The notes under the pieces are model-generated. The model searched no databases and was not told the origin of the DNA. It worked only from the letters and a program-made list of their open reading frames with translations. A program made the position numbers and the translations under genes. DNA of 32,000 bases from Yinghuangia seranimata (lineage in GTDB: Bacteria; Actinomycetota; Actinomycetes; Streptomycetales; Streptomycetaceae): positions 31,547-63,546 of the forward strand of contig NZ_JASAOI010000058.1 in the NCBI RefSeq assembly GCF_029953285.1, read 5' to 3'. This document shows, piece by piece, positions 28,449 through 32,000 of the stretch (the stretch's first letter is position 1; every line of letters begins with the position of its first letter).

Positions 28449-29408
28449 GTGCGCGAGACCGCGTCACCACCCACGTCGCGGAAACCGTCCGGGGACGACG
28501 GCCAGGCCGCACCCGCCGCCCGCCGCCCCTTTTCCGCCCGACTGCGCACCGCGCTCGGACCCCTGCCGTGGATCAGCCCCGCGATCATCCTGATCGCGTT
28601 CGTCGTGCTCTGGCCCGTCGTCGAGATGGTGCGCAGTTCGTTCCTGCGCATCCGCCGCAGCGGCATCGTCAAGGGCTCGAACGGCACCGACAACTACAAG
28701 AAGCTGTTCGACGAGCCGGACTTCACCCACGTGCTGTGGAACACCATGGTGTGGGTGGTCTGCGTCGTCGGCATCACCATCGTGCTGTCGCTGGCCCTGG
28801 CCCAGCTGTTCAACCAGCAGTTCCCGGGACGCCGGGTGGCGCGGTGGGCGCTCATCATCCCGTGGGCGGCGTCGGTCTTCATGACCGCGATCGTGTTCCG
28901 CTGGATGCTGCACCACAGCTACGGCGCCATCAACACGCTGCTGGTGGACCTGCACGTCATCGACGAGGGCAAGGACTGGCTCGGCGAACCGTCCACCGCG
29001 TTCCCGTGGATGATCGGCGTCGCGGTGTTCGTGTCGCTGCCGTTCACCACCTACACGCTGCTGGCCGGCCTGCAGACGATCCCCGGCGAGGTGTACGAGG
29101 CCGCCCGCATGGACGGCGCGTCGACGTGGCGCACCTACCTGAGCGTCACGCTGCCGCTGCTGCGTCCGGCGATCCTGGTGGCCGTCGTCATCAACCTGAT
29201 CAACGTCTTCAACTCGTTCCCGATCATCTGGGCGATGACCGGGGGCGGACCGGGCTACGAGACCGACACGACGACGACGTTCATGTACAAGATCAAGGCC
29301 AGCGACATCGGCGAGAGCGCGGCCCTGTCGGTCGTCAACTTCGGCATCATCATCGTGCTCGTACTGCTGTACCTGGGCGTCAACCGCTGGAACAAGGAGG
29401 CGGACTGA
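28449..29408 (+). CDS. Carbohydrate ABC transporter permease (MalF/UgpA-like) (319 aa)
   Basis: Six predicted TM segments. EAA loop EAARMDGASTWRTYLSVTLPLLRP. The GTG follows GGGAGGAG. Confidence 0.9.
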   Translation: MRETASPPTSRKPSGDDGQAAPAARRPFSARLRTALGPLPWISPAIILIAFVVLWPVVEMVRSSFLRIRRSGIVKGSNGTDNYKKLFDEPDFTHVLWNTMVWVVCVVGITIVLSLALAQLFNQQFPGRRVARWALIIPWAASVFMTAIVFRWMLHHSYGAINTLLVDLHVIDEGKDWLGEPSTAFPWMIGVAVFVSLPFTTYTLLAGLQTIPGEVYEAARMDGASTWRTYLSVTLPLLRPAILVAVVINLINVFNSFPIIWAMTGGGPGYETDTTTTFMYKIKASDIGESAALSVVNFGIIIVLVLLYLGVNRWNKEAD

Positions 29409-29409
29409 C

Positions 29410-30330
29410 ATGGCGGACCTCGTCGTCACCCAGGAGACCGAGCCGCCGGCGGACAAGCGTCCCGACCGGAAGCGCGCCGACAAGAAGCGGACGCGTCCCG
29501 CGTTCCTCGGCGAGCGGGGCTGGGGCAGGAAGTGGACTCTCGCGGTCGTCGCGTGGTCCGTCGCGCTGATCTTCGTCGCGCCGTACGCCGAGATGTTCAT
29601 CGGCGCGCTGCGGCCCAGCGACGAACTGACCAAGCCGGGCTACCTGCCCTCGACGTTCGAGTGGTCGAACTTCGTCAACGTGTGGAAGGACTCCACGCTC
29701 GGCGACAACCTCCAGGTGTCGCTGCTGGTCGCCGGGCTGTCCACGGTGCTGGTGATCCTCGTCGCGCTGCCGGCCGCGTACTACACCGCGCGCCGCCGCT
29801 ACCGGGGCCGCGGGGCGTTCCTGCTGCTGGTCCTGGTGACCCAGATGTTCCAGCCGACCGCGCTGCTGGTCGGCCTCTACCGCGAGTTCTACAACGCCGA
29901 CCTGCTGGACTCGGTGTGGGCGCTGGTGCTCGTCAACGGCGCGTTCAACCTGGCGTTCGCGGTGTGGATCCTGACCGCGTACTTCGGCTCGATCCCGGTG
30001 GAGCTCGAAGAGGCCGCGATGATCGACGGCGCGTCGCGGTTCGGTGCGCTGCGCCGTGTGACGCTGCCGCTGGCCATGCCCGGCATCGTGACGGCCGTCA
30101 TCTTCGCGTTCATCACCGCGTGGAACGAGTTCGTGGTCGGCCTCGCGCTCATCACGACGCCCGAGAAGCAGCCGCTGACGGTCGGCATCAACAGCTTCCT
30201 CGGCGCCTACGAGGTGCAGTGGCAGTACCTGTTCGCGGGATCGGTCATCGCGATCGTGCCGGTCGTGATCCTGTTCGCGTTCATCGAGAAGCACGTGGTG
30301 TCCGGCCTGACCGCCGGTTCCATCAAGTAA
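29410..30330 (+). CDS. Carbohydrate ABC transporter permease (MalG/UgpE-like) (306 aa)
   Basis: EAA loop EEAAMIDGASRFGALRRVTLPLAMPG. Multiple TM segments. The ATG comes 1 nt after the upstream stop. Confidence 0.9.
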   Translation: MADLVVTQETEPPADKRPDRKRADKKRTRPAFLGERGWGRKWTLAVVAWSVALIFVAPYAEMFIGALRPSDELTKPGYLPSTFEWSNFVNVWKDSTLGDNLQVSLLVAGLSTVLVILVALPAAYYTARRRYRGRGAFLLLVLVTQMFQPTALLVGLYREFYNADLLDSVWALVLVNGAFNLAFAVWILTAYFGSIPVELEEAAMIDGASRFGALRRVTLPLAMPGIVTAVIFAFITAWNEFVVGLALITTPEKQPLTVGINSFLGAYEVQWQYLFAGSVIAIVPVVILFAFIEKHVVSGLTAGSIK

Positions 30331-30370
30331 GCCCCGCGCCCGGTAGGACCGGGCCGGGTCGGAAAAAACC

Positions 30371-30417
30371 CGAGAGGCCGAGCGGGCACACCCCCGATGC
30401 GCCCGCCCGGCCTCTCG
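30371..30417. terminator. Strong bidirectional hairpin between the convergent permease and cupin genes
   Basis: Perfect outer 10-bp stem CGAGAGGCCG / CGGCCTCTCG, plus an inner GCGGGC / GCCCGC pairing after a one-base mismatch. An A-run (GGAAAAAACC) precedes it on the plus strand. Confidence 0.7.
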
Positions 30418-30430
30418 TCCGTGTTACCGC

Positions 30431-30796
30431 TCAGAGCTGGATGACGTACGCCTTGCGCAGCGTCTCGTGGACCGTCCACGTGGTCTTCGCGCCCTCTTCG
30501 AGCACGCACGCGTCGCCGGGGCCGACCTCGATCGTCGGGCCGCCCTCGACCTCGATGGTCGCGCGGCCGCTGACCACGACGAACATCTCGTTCGCCTCGG
30601 TGTCGGTCACCACGCCCGGGGTGATCTGCCACAGCCCACGCAGGATCTTGCCGTCCTCGGACTCCCACAGCAGCTTGCCGGAGACCTCGGGCGAACCGGA
30701 GACGATCTGGGCCGGGTCGAGCGGGTCGGGTTCGAGCTCGGCGTCGGGGATGTGAACCGCGAACGTGCCGTGGGACGTGGAGTCAGAGGTGGACAT
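30431..30796 (-). CDS. Cupin-domain protein, DUF861/EutQ-like (121 aa)
   Basis: Pattern G.W.ITPG......EANEMFVVVSGRATIEVEGG.TIEVGPGDACVLEEG.KTTWTVHETLRKAYV, typical of the small cupin_3 family. ATG at 30796. Confidence 0.7.
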   Translation of the reverse strand: MSTSDSTSHGTFAVHIPDAELEPDPLDPAQIVSGSPEVSGKLLWESEDGKILRGLWQITPGVVTDTEANEMFVVVSGRATIEVEGGPTIEVGPGDACVLEEGAKTTWTVHETLRKAYVIQL

Positions 30797-31007
30797 GGGG
30801 CTGGAGCTTAGTGCCCGATTGAGCCCGGTCTGACCGCGGGGCGCGTACCCTACAGCGCGTCGCCGGGCAGGCGGGTGAATCAGGTGGTTTTCCCGGCCTG
30901 TTGGATGTGGCGGTGCAGGGTGGCGTCGGAGCGGCCGGGCAGAATGACGGCACGGAGGCGCGGGCCCGCCACGCGGGGGCCGCGACGCAGGAAGAGGGGC
31001 GACGAGG

Positions 31008-31403
31008 ATGAACGACCGGGACACCGAAGCGCGCGAGGCGACCATCTCGATACCGCTGGGCGGAGAGGTCGCGGTCGTCCCGCCGCAGGCGCCGGAGCCG
31101 CGTCGCGTCGACGCCGAGGCGGCGCTCGACCCGGCCGGTGCCGAGCGCACGGAGTCCGGGCTGTCCGAGCGCGACCTCGACATCCTCGACTTCGAACGCC
31201 AGTGGTGGCGGCACGCGGGAGCCAAGGAGCGCGCGGTCCGCGACCGCTTCGGGTGCACGCCGACCCGCTACTACCAGGCGCTCAACGCGCTGCTCGACCG
31301 TCCCGAGGCGCTCGAACACGATCCGATGCTGGTCTCGCGCCTGCGCAGGCTGCGTACCGCGCGCCAGCAGGCGCGTTCGGCCGTGCGTCGGCACGGGGGC
31401 TGA
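31008..31403 (+). CDS. DUF3263-domain protein (131 aa)
   Basis: LSERDLDILDFERQWWRHAGAKERAVRDRFGCTPTRYYQALNALLDRPEALEHDPMLVSRLRRLR closely follows the conserved actinobacterial DUF3263 sequence. Confidence 0.8.
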   Translation: MNDRDTEAREATISIPLGGEVAVVPPQAPEPRRVDAEAALDPAGAERTESGLSERDLDILDFERQWWRHAGAKERAVRDRFGCTPTRYYQALNALLDRPEALEHDPMLVSRLRRLRTARQQARSAVRRHGG

Positions 31404-31500
31404 CGCCGGCCCGCCCACCCGGACCCGGTGGCGGTTCGCCGCTCCGTTCGCTCACGCCGTTCACGCCCGCGCGTCGTCCCCGCCGGGCGTCGTCGCGTCG

Positions 31501-31553
31501 TTTCGCCCTCGCCCCTTCTTTCTCTCCCGTCCCTTCTCTTCCTCTTCTCTCTC
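31501..31553 (+). repeat. Polypyrimidine (CU-rich) tract in the 5' leader of the last gene
   Basis: Bases 31512-31553 contain 42 nt with a single purine (ccccttctttctctcccGtcccttctcttcctcttctctctc). This is exceptional for the window. Confidence 0.8.
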
Positions 31554-31571
31554 GACCCCGGAGAGACGCCG

Positions 31572-32000
31572 ATGCGCCTTCCCCGTCCGCCCCGCCTGTC
31601 CGGACCGCGCCCCGCTCGGCGCCGTGTCCTGCCGGACCTGACCGATCCGGGCCGGACGTTCGCCGGGTTCGGTCGGACGGGCGGGGTGTGGCGGCGGCCC
31701 GACCACCTCGCCGACGCGGCGTTCGGGACGGGCGCCGCGCGGCGTCCGCTGGAACGGCTCGGCCCCGCGGGCACCGCGACCATCGCGGTCTCGGTCGCCG
31801 CGGCGCTGGCCGCCGTGCTGCTGGCGGGGTTCGGCGGCTCGTGGGGTGACCCGGATCCGCGCGCGGACGACGCGCCGGCAGCGGCGGCGAGCCCGGCCGC
31901 CGTCCTGCCCCCGCCCGCCGCGGCCGCCGCGGGCCAGGCCGCGGTGCCCCCGCCCGACGCCCGGACCGGCTCCGGGGAGGTCGTCGTCCTCGGCCAGGGC
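31572..32000 (+). CDS. Membrane-anchored protein, 5' part only (possibly a LytR C-terminal-domain protein, the usual neighbour of DUF3263)
   Basis: The ATG is 5 nt after GGAGAGA. The frame stays open to the window end with high GC3. It has a basic N-terminus, one TM helix (TIAVSVAAALAAVLLAGFGG) and an Ala/Pro linker, then EVVVLGQG, where LytR_C domains typically begin. The ORF track omits it because it has no stop in the window. Confidence 0.45.
   Translation, partial: MRLPRPPRLSGPRPARRRVLPDLTDPGRTFAGFGRTGGVWRRPDHLADAAFGTGAARRPLERLGPAGTATIAVSVAAALAAVLLAGFGGSWGDPDPRADDAPAAAASPAAVLPPPAAAAAGQAAVPPPDARTGSGEVVVLGQG

Noticed and set aside
1-32000. tRNA, rRNA, CRISPR arrays, transposase or integrase genes, and in-frame TTA (bldA-dependent) codons
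   Set aside because: I saw no cloverleaf-like or rRNA-like conserved stretches, no regularly spaced direct repeats, and no transposase or recombinase motifs. The few TTA/TAA trinucleotides fall out of frame, in intergenic DNA or in stop codons.

Overview
Very G+C-rich DNA with the gene style of a Streptomyces-type actinomycete: third codon positions are almost all G/C, GTG starts are common, neighbouring genes overlap by 4 nt (ATGA/GTGA), and long Arg/Gly/Ala-rich shadow ORFs lie antisense to the real genes. I call 30 protein-coding genes (2 partial). I saw no rRNA, tRNA or CRISPR array. In order: (1) 1-1874: the tail of an unknown gene, coupled to a CHAP-domain cell-wall hydrolase that has no signal peptide. 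This hydrolase is split at its active-site EGN motif by a 296-aa intein carrying the class-3 signature (Ala1, Trp in block B, Cys in block F, Thr-His-Asn end) and a LAGLIDADG domain. This is the most unusual object in the window. (2) 1961-7843, minus strand: a tightly coupled operon encoding a four-subunit (gamma-delta-alpha-beta) 2-oxoacid:ferredoxin oxidoreductase, a D-2-hydroxyacid dehydrogenase, a small cupin and an AMP-forming acyl-CoA synthetase. It sits divergent from a TetR regulator, with GTTCTGAAC palindromes between them. (3) 8973-15579: a GAF-PAS-GGDEF diguanylate cyclase with an odd repeat-bearing leader, a membrane-anchored stand-alone carbohydrate-binding-module protein, a DUF62-type SAM hydroxide adenosyltransferase and a Ser/Thr kinase fused to a PQQ-like beta-propeller. 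(4) 15747-18940: a GH65 disaccharide phosphorylase plus beta-phosphoglucomutase. (5) 19052-19800: an RHH/MazF-like toxin-antitoxin pair directly abutted by a 241-bp MITE-like palindromic element with 21-bp terminal inverted repeats flanked by TA. (6) 19840-30330: a non-PTS amino-sugar (GalNAc/GalN- or GlcNAc-type) catabolic locus. It encodes a class II aldolase, a PfkB kinase, a NagA deacetylase, a ROK kinase, an AgaS-like SIS isomerase/deaminase, a DeoR regulator and an ABC importer without its own ATPase. A DasR-box-like site lies upstream of the importer, and an unexplained 442-bp non-coding gap sits inside the catabolic operon. (7) 30431-32000: a cupin, a DUF3263 protein and the start of a membrane protein preceded by a long CU-rich leader. 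All functional calls come from motifs I recognise by eye. No database search was run.
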